Source of the DNA: Escherichia phage HK6
Reading direction: 5' to 3' (one strand)
Sequence record: PP724615.1
Length of the DNA stretch: 64,000 nt
Under the pieces are notes generated by a model, which worked only from the letters and a program-made list of their open reading frames with translations, had not been told where the DNA came from and did no database searches. The stretch's first letter is position 1. Each line of letters opens with the position of its first letter. Positions 1-7,362 of the stretch are shown here, one piece after another. A program made the position numbers and the translations under genes.

Positions 1-258
1 GCTTTAAAAGTTTAGAAGTTTGAGTTCTTTAAACTTTTTAGCTTTCATACTTAAATGTTGATCTTTGAAGTTGTGTCGGTAATATCAACGACGCTTTGTT
101 TTTACGTGTCAGATTAAATGTCTGATGTAATAAACATAATCTCCAATAGATTATACTTTATAGTATGGTCAGCGGTCTTATTTAACCTCGTATTTCAACC
201 GCTGCTGCGAGGTAAGATGCTTGGGCTTTCGTCTACCGATTTACTAGCTTTTAAATTA

Positions 259-897
259 TTACTCTACTTCAATGAAGGTAGAGGCGTTAGACTCGGACAG
301 AACAAAGTCAACATTTGTTGCAAAGTCCTGGTATTCCTCGTCATGCTGCTTAATCAGCTTTTCCAGTTCCAGCGGGTCAATCAAGAATGGAGTATTCTTG
401 AGTTCCAGCAGGTTGAGCTGCATTTTAACTTCATCTTCGGAAGTTTTCTTATCGCGGGTAGCCATGCTATCCTGCAAACGCTCATATTTAGCATCAAACT
501 GTGCTTTCTGCGTATTAAACTTAACCGTAGCGGCATGGAACTGCTTACGCATGTTAGCCAGCAGTTGAGCTTTAAGTTCCATAGAACGCTTAGCTTCAAT
601 TGCTTCCGCAACAGTCATCTTACGAGAGCCAATCTCAACGACTGTTTCCGCATTGCTTTTAATCAGAGCAGCTTTGATACGATCACGCTGGGACATCATA
701 TCCAGGAGAGATTGGAAATCTGCCTTAATACGAGCAGACAGATCGTCTACTTCGATTGCAGCGCCAACTACAACCTTATTTTTATCCTTACCTTCACCAA
801 CAGCGATCAGAAGCTGTTGTTCAGTAGCTTTACGAATTTTAGCTTCCAGAGATTTGATAGTTGCCAGAGCGCGAGTTTTAGAGATACGAGTAGTCAT
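259..897 (-). CDS. hypothetical coiled-coil protein (212 aa)
   Basis: Complete ORF with an AAGGAAG RBS 8 nt upstream of the ATG. Composition is consistent with the neighbouring minus-strand genes. The overlapping + strand ORF at 118..930 is Leu/Ser-rich antisense noise. Confidence 0.55.
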   Translation of the reverse strand: MTTRISKTRALATIKSLEAKIRKATEQQLLIAVGEGKDKNKVVVGAAIEVDDLSARIKADFQSLLDMMSQRDRIKAALIKSNAETVVEIGSRKMTVAEAIEAKRSMELKAQLLANMRKQFHAATVKFNTQKAQFDAKYERLQDSMATRDKKTSEDEVKMQLNLLELKNTPFLIDPLELEKLIKQHDEEYQDFATNVDFVLSESNASTFIEVE

Positions 898-950
898 TAT
901 TTGCTTCCTTATATGAAGTTTGAGATTTGAATTTGTTTAAATTTGGTCTA

Positions 951-1133
951 TTACAGACCAATTGCCAGCAGAGTGCGCAGAACAGTATCATTACTGTTAT
1001 CAATTTTAGGATTAGCACGATTTAGCAGATCAAAGATTTTCTGGATACCTGATTGACGTTCAGCCATACGACGGATACCCAGATTACGAGTAGCTTTCTT
1101 ACCATTTTTACGAACATTTTTAGATACTGGCAT
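951..1133 (-). CDS. small basic protein (60 aa)
   Basis: AAGGAAAA RBS upstream and a T5-type promoter (1174-1202) just 5'. The protein is Lys/Arg-rich. Confidence 0.45.
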   Translation of the reverse strand: MPVSKNVRKNGKKATRNLGIRRMAERQSGIQKIFDLLNRANPKIDNSNDTVLRTLLAIGL

Positions 1134-1173
1134 ATTTGTTTTCCTTTTATTGTTTTCTCAAATTTATGAATAT

Positions 1174-1202
1174 ATTATACAGAATTTTGGAGCCGGAAGC
1201 AA
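1174..1202 (-). promoter_or_regulatory. T5-type early promoter TTGCTT-N17-TATAAT
   Basis: On the minus strand, followed by 'ATATTCATAAATTTGAGAAAAC'. Confidence 0.6.
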
Positions 1203-1203
1203 A

Positions 1204-1905
1204 TCAAATTTTCATTTTTTCGATCATAGCTGCAACACAATAGCTCTCAACTAAGGCATCGAATGCTGGATCATGTTTAACCGGATAGATCCCATAACGA
1301 ATAGTGTCCATTTTCTCCATTTTAGCGGTTGCCCAGCTAATACCTTCAGCCTCTAGCTCTTTGTAACTATATCCAGCTTGCATCCAGAGATTACGAAGAG
1401 ATCGAACATTGCCCAAATTCCAGAATTTCCACGGAACTACCTCTTCATTGGTTCCAGCATGGAAAGTGTTTGCAGAGTAGATAGTCATATCAAACTCTGG
1501 GCCATTGCCATAATACAAAGCATTATCGCCTAGAGCCAACTCCATAATATTTTGAGCCATAGAGTAGGCAGCATAGTTAGAGCCGAGTTTATTAGTACAA
1601 TGATGTTTACCGTTTTGGAATGCAATCAGCTTTGGATTACGCTCGTTCATAGCTTGCATAATGTGGATAGCAGACGGACTGTCTTTAGCTTGATCCATCC
1701 AGAATGCTAGAGTAGATGCTGTAACTTTGGCACCAGAATTAAGCTGATCCTGCACATCCAAAGTAACAAATACTAGATCAGGGTCTTTATCAATTCCATG
1801 CATAGCCACAAAAGCGAATGAAGGCATTGCGATATGAGTAGTACCACAATCTCCCGGAGTTCCCAGAGATTCAATATCTAGCATACCAAATGGTTTTACT
1901 TTCAT
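1204..1905 (-). CDS. DnaQ-like (DEDD) 3'-5' exonuclease, putative
   Basis: N-terminal 'FGMLDIESLG' matches DEDD exonuclease motif I (D-x-E). An RBS is present upstream (AAAGGATAAGTT-ATG). 233 aa. Confidence 0.45.
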   Translation of the reverse strand: MKVKPFGMLDIESLGTPGDCGTTHIAMPSFAFVAMHGIDKDPDLVFVTLDVQDQLNSGAKVTASTLAFWMDQAKDSPSAIHIMQAMNERNPKLIAFQNGKHHCTNKLGSNYAAYSMAQNIMELALGDNALYYGNGPEFDMTIYSANTFHAGTNEEVVPWKFWNLGNVRSLRNLWMQAGYSYKELEAEGISWATAKMEKMDTIRYGIYPVKHDPAFDALVESYCVAAMIEKMKI

Positions 1906-1933
1906 AACTTATCCTTTATTGTGTAGAAAACTA

Positions 1934-2170
1934 TTAAAGAGCTGTCTCTTTAATAGACTCCCACTTCTTGGGGTCTTTAAAACCAGGAAGCATATCCTCA
2001 CTGACATCCCAGTTCTCTTCCATAGAGAAGTCGGGCCATTCATTCCAGCTACCTTCCAGCTCTTCATAACAGGTGTCCATTACCTCATGACTAGAAAGTC
2101 GTGTATAATCTCTAGCGGACTTATGAGTGCTAGCACGGTTAAAATCATTCTTTACTACAAAATTACGCAT
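1934..2170 (-). CDS. hypothetical acidic protein (78 aa)
   Basis: GGAGAAACT-ATG RBS. Trp-rich acidic protein. Confidence 0.45.
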   Translation of the reverse strand: MRNFVVKNDFNRASTHKSARDYTRLSSHEVMDTCYEELEGSWNEWPDFSMEENWDVSEDMLPGFKDPKKWESIKETAL

Positions 2171-2211
2171 AGTTTCTCCAAATAAGAGGGGCTTTCGCCC
2201 CCTGATTTAAA

Positions 2212-2427
2212 TTACTTGCCCAGCAGTTTAAGGATATTTTCCATAATAGTTTGGGCAGATTTTTCACTCTTGTTGGTTTCAGCCAACTTTAAAGCTAGTT
2301 CTTCCTGCTGTTTCTGAATATCCGCAGCAATTTTTTGATCAGCCTCAATACGAGCTTGAAGCTCATCAGTGATAGTGGTAAAGGAAGCAACGATTTCAGT
2401 AACGGAACGTGGTTTCTTAGAGAACAT
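2212..2427 (-). CDS. hypothetical coiled-coil protein (71 aa)
   Basis: ORF flanked by GGGGC-tetraloop-GCCCC hairpins. Confidence 0.4.
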   Translation of the reverse strand: MFSKKPRSVTEIVASFTTITDELQARIEADQKIAADIQKQQEELALKLAETNKSEKSAQTIMENILKLLGK

Positions 2428-2491
2428 AAAAAATATCCTTGATTAGTTAGAGAATTAGTAGATTGTAGGGGCTTCTGCCCCTATTTATCTA

Positions 2492-3007
2492 TTACTTCGC
2501 TTTACGCTTGCGAGCTGGTTTAGCAGATTTACGGGCAGAATCACCCGTGAACTTAATGCCTACACCGTAACACAGAGCGCGAACGTTATCTTTACTATAC
2601 TCTACGCCAAAGATATTTGGCTTAACAGAACCAAACTGTCCACGAGCATCACGTAGTACGTCTGCCGTTGGTTTACGCTTCTGGTTAACTGCTTTCTCAT
2701 AGTCTTTCATAGCCATGCCATTACGAGAGAACAATTCAGCCCCAGCGTTGAAGCTCAGGGAAACTGGGACAGATTTGTGGCCGTAATTTTCTACATACAT
2801 AACCATTTTGTAGGATTTACGGGTGGCATTTTTAGCTTTAGGCTTCTGACGAATCGGAGCCGGATTATTCAGTGCTTGTGCAGCCTGAGCATCGGTAGGA
2901 TGCTTACGCAGGTGGCGTTCCAGACGAGCTTTGCGATTAGCCTCGGTCTGCGGGAAAGTTTTAACTGCCGGAGCTGCTTGAGTTTTTGCGTTTTTCTGCT
3001 TAGCCAT
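2492..3007 (-). CDS. lysine-rich basic protein (171 aa), possible DNA-binding
   Basis: Both termini are strongly K/R-rich. Has its own T5-type promoter (3046-3074) and an AAAGGAAAACAAATA-ATG RBS. Confidence 0.5.
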   Translation of the reverse strand: MAKQKNAKTQAAPAVKTFPQTEANRKARLERHLRKHPTDAQAAQALNNPAPIRQKPKAKNATRKSYKMVMYVENYGHKSVPVSLSFNAGAELFSRNGMAMKDYEKAVNQKRKPTADVLRDARGQFGSVKPNIFGVEYSKDNVRALCYGVGIKFTGDSARKSAKPARKRKAK

Positions 3008-3045
3008 TATTTGTTTTCCTTTTTGTTTATCAATTTATGAAGTAT

Positions 3046-3074
3046 ATTATACGAGAATTTGAAGCGTTTAGCAA
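3046..3074 (-). promoter_or_regulatory. T5-type early promoter TTGCTA-N17-TATAAT
   Basis: On the minus strand, followed by 'ATACTTCATAAATTGATAAAC'. Confidence 0.6.
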
Positions 3075-3082
3075 ATGAATTT

Positions 3083-3532
3083 TTAATTTATTAACTGTAA
3101 GCTTCTTTTAATTTCAGACCTTACCTGCATCAAAAGAACTCCTAAAGTATTATCCCCGATGCCTCGGCAAACACCCCAATATGTATCTCCCCAGGTATTT
3201 CCTTCGATCAAAGTTGCATTTTTTGTTGCTAACAGTTTGTCCCTCAAATCAGGGATTGCAAACTTTAACCGTAAAAGCTCTAGCATTACATCATCTTTTA
3301 CCTTATCCCAGTCAGAGCGCAGAGTTAATTTACGTCCTCTACGTTTGGCAACACCTGCATTTAGGGAGCGCAGTACATGAGCTACATCATCTTTTTGGTC
3401 GGATTTCATAGCCTGAAAAGCATGTTCTACAGTATCAGCATGCCATATTTCATTCAGATATTCAAAAGTAATTGGTGATAAATAAAAGTTTGATAAGAAA
3501 CTATAAGCACCTTTAAATTCAGTAATCTTCAT
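3083..3532 (-). CDS. NADAR/YbiA (DUF1768) domain protein
   Basis: Motifs 'NTWGDTYWGVCRGIGDNTLGVLLMQVR' and 'AFQAMK' match the YbiA/NADAR N-glycosidase fold. 149 aa. Confidence 0.65.
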   Translation of the reverse strand: MKITEFKGAYSFLSNFYLSPITFEYLNEIWHADTVEHAFQAMKSDQKDDVAHVLRSLNAGVAKRRGRKLTLRSDWDKVKDDVMLELLRLKFAIPDLRDKLLATKNATLIEGNTWGDTYWGVCRGIGDNTLGVLLMQVRSEIKRSLQLIN

Positions 3533-3813
3533 TTTTTACGCCCCGCATCTTTAGCCTCTTCGGCTGTATAGATATACTGATAAGCCCCTTTGGAGTATGC
3601 TGGAGCAGTACACATTTTCTTACGCTCAATCTCTTCTTGAGCTTTTCTTTCGCGTTCAGCTAATTCTTCGTCCAGATAAACTAAACGTTGTTCTGGAGGG
3701 GGTGGAAGACGTGTTTCTGGCTCACCAATATTAGCCTTTCTTATTTGACGAGGTGATTGTGCGCGTTTTCTCAATGGTTTAAATCCTAATGAATTTGAGT
3801 TATAAATCCGCAT
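3529..3813 (-). CDS. hypothetical protein (94 aa)
   Basis: Has its own T5-type promoter (3841-3869) and a GAGGAGGGCTTT-ATG RBS. Confidence 0.45.
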   Translation of the reverse strand: MRIYNSNSLGFKPLRKRAQSPRQIRKANIGEPETRLPPPPEQRLVYLDEELAERERKAQEEIERKKMCTAPAYSKGAYQYIYTAEEAKDAGRKK

Positions 3814-3840
3814 AAAGCCCTCCTCACTTTCAATACGAAT

Positions 3841-3869
3841 ATTATACTAAATTAGAGGGCTTTAAGCAA
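3841..3869 (-). promoter_or_regulatory. T5-type early promoter TTGCTT-N17-TATAAT
   Basis: On the minus strand. Embedded in a 9-bp inverted repeat (AAAGCCCTC/GAGGGCTTT). Confidence 0.55.
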
Positions 3870-3890
3870 GAGAATTTTTCAATTTATTTA

Positions 3891-4379
3891 TCACATCTCA
3901 GCCATTTCAGCTTCAGTAATAACTGTATTACATAAGGCATCTACAGCTTCATTACCACTAATACCAGAATGTCCTTTAACCTTAATAAAGGTAGGGTTAG
4001 TATTATGAAAGTTGATATACTGCTGTGTTAATTTAAATGCTTCCTGCCAAAGTTCTAGATTAAGAGGAACTTCACCATCTGCTTTCTTCCAGCCTTTCCT
4101 TTGCCAAGAAAACATCCAACTTTCCATGCCATTTTTGCAATAAGCAGAGTCAGTATAGATAGCAATTGGTCTATTATCTTTTTTAACAGACCAACGTAGA
4201 GCTTCTACGATAGCTGTGAGTTCCATCTCATTATTTGTAGTTTTAGGATTATAACCAGATTTAGAACCTAAACGATCGTAGTTATCATCATAGACAATAA
4301 AACCCCAAGCACCTGGACCTGGGTTAGACTTACAAGCACCATCTGTGTAAATGTGGAAAACCGACATTATACCTCCCAA
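3891..4379 (-). CDS. rnhA: ribonuclease H
   Basis: RNase HI signatures 'IYTDGAC..NPGPGAWG', 'ELTAI', 'IYTDS' and 'KGHSG..GNEAVD'. Confidence 0.85.
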   Translation of the reverse strand: MGGIMSVFHIYTDGACKSNPGPGAWGFIVYDDNYDRLGSKSGYNPKTTNNEMELTAIVEALRWSVKKDNRPIAIYTDSAYCKNGMESWMFSWQRKGWKKADGEVPLNLELWQEAFKLTQQYINFHNTNPTFIKVKGHSGISGNEAVDALCNTVITEAEMAEM

Positions 4380-4648
4380 CTAATTTTAAGACCCATGTCT
4401 ACAAAGGCGGCTTCTCGGTAGTATTGTGAGAGATGATACCCCTTATCCGATAAGGTTTTTAGTACCGATTTAGCTGCTCCTGGCATTTCTCTAGGATTAT
4501 ATAGCCACCTAGCGTAAGGATTATCTCGAATAATTACTTCTGTATTTCCAGACTTAGCAGCTTCTACAATCTTTTCTTCTATAAACTTTAGAAATGCAGG
4601 TACTTCTGTTAACCCTGCAAGTTCTTGAGCTTCTTTGGCTGAAATCAT
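4367..4648 (-). CDS. hypothetical protein (93 aa)
   Basis: Has its own promoter (4674-4702) and a TTGGAGGTATA-ATG RBS. Overlaps rnhA at its 3' end. Confidence 0.5.
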   Translation of the reverse strand: MISAKEAQELAGLTEVPAFLKFIEEKIVEAAKSGNTEVIIRDNPYARWLYNPREMPGAAKSVLKTLSDKGYHLSQYYREAAFVDMGLKISWEV

Positions 4649-4673
4649 TATATACCTCCAATTTATAAAATAT

Positions 4674-4702
4674 ATTATATTTAAATTTCACTAAATAAGC
4701 AA
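4674..4702 (-). promoter_or_regulatory. T5-type early promoter TTGCTT-N17-TATAAT
   Basis: Preceded on the minus strand by a terminator hairpin (4720-4735, AGCCC-TTCG-GGGCT followed by a T-rich tract) after thyA. Followed by 'TTTTATAAATTGGAGG'. Confidence 0.6.
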
Positions 4703-4741
4703 ATGAAATTTAAATATAATAGCCCCGAAGGGCTACTTAAG

Positions 4742-5581
4742 TTAAGAGGACATTTTAGCTTTAAGAGCTGGATGTGGATCATATCCTTCAAGTTGGAAGG
4801 ACCAAGCCGCAGTATTATTCTCTAATAAATCATAGAGATCTACAAATTCTGGCATTACTAGAGTTGGCAAAGGACGTGGTTTGCGTTTCATTTGCTCCTC
4901 TACTTGCTCTATATGATCACTGTAAATATGTGTATCTCCACCACTAAAGATGAGATAACGAGGTTTTAATCCAGTCAGTTTTGCCAGGATATGTGTTAAT
5001 AAAGCATAGCTAGCAATATTGAAAGGCAGACCTAGAAAACAGTCTACAGAACGTTGTGTCCATTTAAGGTCTAAGTATCCATCATTACTTACGTAACATT
5101 GAAAACCATAGTGACATGGTGGTAATGCCATCTTATCCAGTTCAGCTACGTTCCATGCGGATACTAGGTGTCTACGACCGTGTGGATTATTCTTGAGACC
5201 CTCAATGAGTTCTAGGATCTGATCTCGTCCACCAAAGTTACGCCATTGTTTACCATATACTGGCCCTAGATTACCATTGTCATATCCCATACTTATGGCT
5301 TGGTCTTCATAATTTGGAGTCCAGATGGTCCACTGTCCTTCGTCACGCCCAAATGTGAATACTCGCAGATCATGGAGATTTGTAGATCCAGATAAAAACC
5401 ATAAGAGTTCTCCAACTACCGACTTCCAAGCTAGACGTTTTGTAGTTACAGCTGGAAATCCCTCACGTAAATCGAACTTAGCATAGGAATCAAAAATTGA
5501 AACTGTGCCTGTTCCTGTACGGTCGTTACGTGGTTCACCTAGTAGAATTACATCTGTTAGAATTTTTAAATATTGTTGCAT
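4742..5581 (-). CDS. thyA: thymidylate synthase
   Basis: Active-site motif 'ALPPCH.GFQCYV', plus 'DLGPVYGKQWR' and a C-terminal 'DAHIY'-type region. 279 aa. Confidence 0.92.
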   Translation of the reverse strand: MQQYLKILTDVILLGEPRNDRTGTGTVSIFDSYAKFDLREGFPAVTTKRLAWKSVVGELLWFLSGSTNLHDLRVFTFGRDEGQWTIWTPNYEDQAISMGYDNGNLGPVYGKQWRNFGGRDQILELIEGLKNNPHGRRHLVSAWNVAELDKMALPPCHYGFQCYVSNDGYLDLKWTQRSVDCFLGLPFNIASYALLTHILAKLTGLKPRYLIFSGGDTHIYSDHIEQVEEQMKRKPRPLPTLVMPEFVDLYDLLENNTAAWSFQLEGYDPHPALKAKMSS

Positions 5582-6114
5582 TAATAAGTAACCAATTCCT
5601 GTACAAATCGCAGGCTGTTATCACTGTTTGCGCCAGTTGCGTAAACTAAACGAGTAGATTCATAGTTGTAATCTAGAATCGTATTATCCAGATGTACATC
5701 TGCCTCTAGTTTTTGATTACTAAAGATTGTTGATACAAAAGCACTTTCAATATGTCCATGAATATACATTTCGTACAGTAATGTTGCACCGCCTAAAACC
5801 ACTGTCTGTTGATCTTTTAAGAATGTGGGTAATGTATCTCCAATCTTTGAAATTGGGGTATAGATACCATGTTTAATATCATCAGGCAGAGGACGATCCG
5901 CACGAATAAAGAGATCAGATTCTCCAATCATACGTTGCCGAACAACTTCTGGAAGTGCTAAATAAGTACCCGCACCAATGATGATGTTATCTGGATTCAA
6001 CACGTCCAGTTGAGAATAGAAAGCATCTAGTTCTTCTTTGAAGGAACCCCAGGGGAGTTTACCTCGGAGGCCGAACTCTCCATTCGGCCCAACTGCATAT
6101 ATTGCTGTAATCAT
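5581..6114 (-). CDS. frd: dihydrofolate reductase
   Basis: N-terminal 'ITAIYAVGPNGEFGLRGKLPW' DHFR motif and a GG..L motif. 177 aa. Start/stop ATGA overlap with thyA, as in T-odd/T5 phages. Confidence 0.75.
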   Translation of the reverse strand: MITAIYAVGPNGEFGLRGKLPWGSFKEELDAFYSQLDVLNPDNIIIGAGTYLALPEVVRQRMIGESDLFIRADRPLPDDIKHGIYTPISKIGDTLPTFLKDQQTVVLGGATLLYEMYIHGHIESAFVSTIFSNQKLEADVHLDNTILDYNYESTRLVYATGANSDNSLRFVQELVTY

Positions 6115-7256
6115 AAGAAATCTCCAAATTCATTACCCAGATCTTTCAGAGTATCCGTAGAGGTCTCAGTTACCTGACCTACACGGTAGGCTGCACCAAT
6201 CTGGATTTCTTGTGGAGCAGGCTGTAAAGAAGTAGTATCCAACCAGTTCATGATCCACGGAATAGGGTTTTTGGTGATTACTGGTAAATGACTAGGCCAT
6301 TCTACACCAATGTGCATGAACGCATTACGCCCTACAAAATATAGGTACTCTTCTAGAAGTTCTGCGTTCAAACCAATCAGACTACGACCTTTGAAAATGA
6401 AATGACCCCATTCAATTTCAGTTTTCAGAGTTTTCAGGAGCTGTGCTGGTGCTTTAGCCACTGCTTCATCTACCAGATCTTTGTCAAACTGCTGGAACAT
6501 AATCTGGATGATTGCTTTAGACATCTGAGTGTGTAGAGCTTCATCTTTAGCGATTAATTGCAGATTTTTAGCAATACCTTGCAGAATATCGTTCTCTGCT
6601 AATGCAAAGGTACATGCAAAGGATGCGTAAAACTGCATTGCTTCCAGACCGTAGATCGCAAAGTAAGCATCTAATAGCTTAGCCTGAGTTTCACGTTTAA
6701 CTTCAGGGAACTCAGTTTCTGGATATGTATTGTCTCCACGATGATCGCGTACTGCGATGAAATACTGACCTAACTGGTACAGTTCATCGAATAGTTCAAC
6801 AGAATCAGCGATGCGTGCGAATGCTTCTTGGTTTTTGGTTACAGAATCAATAAATTCTGCTGGATCAGTCAGCACATTACGAATAATATTGCTATAAGCA
6901 CGACTATGCAGGTCTTCAAAATAGCTCCACTGTTTGAGCATACCTTCCAATTCTGGACGACTTACAAGGGGCATAATAGCTGCTTCAGGAGCACGACTAA
7001 TAAAGGAGTCTGTTTGAGTCTGCCATGCTAAGTTCAGGAGTGTAATTTCCTGAATTTCCCGTGGGAGATTAGGCCATTGTTTCTTATCTGCTTCCAGACT
7101 GATTTCAGTTTCAGTCCAAAATTGAGAGCGTTGCAGGAGTGCCAGACGTTCTAGTTCTGGATGTGCTACACGTACATAATCTGCGATACCGAGAGAATCT
7201 CCCAGGAAAAGGTCAGCGTTAGTATGATCCCAATTCAGGTTTAGTAAAGTAGTCAT
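6111..7256 (-). CDS. nrdB: ribonucleotide reductase class Ia beta subunit
   Basis: 'YASFACTFALAE...IAKDEALH' diiron/tyrosyl-radical region and a C-terminal acidic tail. 381 aa. Confidence 0.85.
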   Translation of the reverse strand: MTTLLNLNWDHTNADLFLGDSLGIADYVRVAHPELERLALLQRSQFWTETEISLEADKKQWPNLPREIQEITLLNLAWQTQTDSFISRAPEAAIMPLVSRPELEGMLKQWSYFEDLHSRAYSNIIRNVLTDPAEFIDSVTKNQEAFARIADSVELFDELYQLGQYFIAVRDHRGDNTYPETEFPEVKRETQAKLLDAYFAIYGLEAMQFYASFACTFALAENDILQGIAKNLQLIAKDEALHTQMSKAIIQIMFQQFDKDLVDEAVAKAPAQLLKTLKTEIEWGHFIFKGRSLIGLNAELLEEYLYFVGRNAFMHIGVEWPSHLPVITKNPIPWIMNWLDTTSLQPAPQEIQIGAAYRVGQVTETSTDTLKDLGNEFGDFL

Positions 7257-7287
7257 TGATTTTCCTCTTTCTCACTATTTCAGGAAT

Positions 7288-7316
7288 ATTATAGCAAATC
7301 TGATAGCGATTAGCAA
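7288..7316 (-). promoter_or_regulatory. T5-type early promoter TTGCTA-N17-TATAAT for nrdB
   Basis: Lies downstream of the nrdA terminator hairpin. Confidence 0.6.
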
Positions 7317-7325
7317 GTAAAATTT

Positions 7326-7355
7326 CAAAGAAAAAGGAGACCCGAAGATCTCCTT
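7326..7355 (-). terminator. rho-independent terminator after nrdA
   Basis: On the minus strand, a GGAGATC-UUCG-GGTCTCC hairpin followed by TTTTTCTTT. Confidence 0.65.
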
Positions 7356-7362
7356 GTTTTTA

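Noticed and set aside
118-930. 270-aa + strand ORF
   Set aside because: Leu/Ser/Phe-rich low-complexity translation antisense to a well-formed minus-strand gene (259..897) with an RBS. It is a classic shadow ORF.
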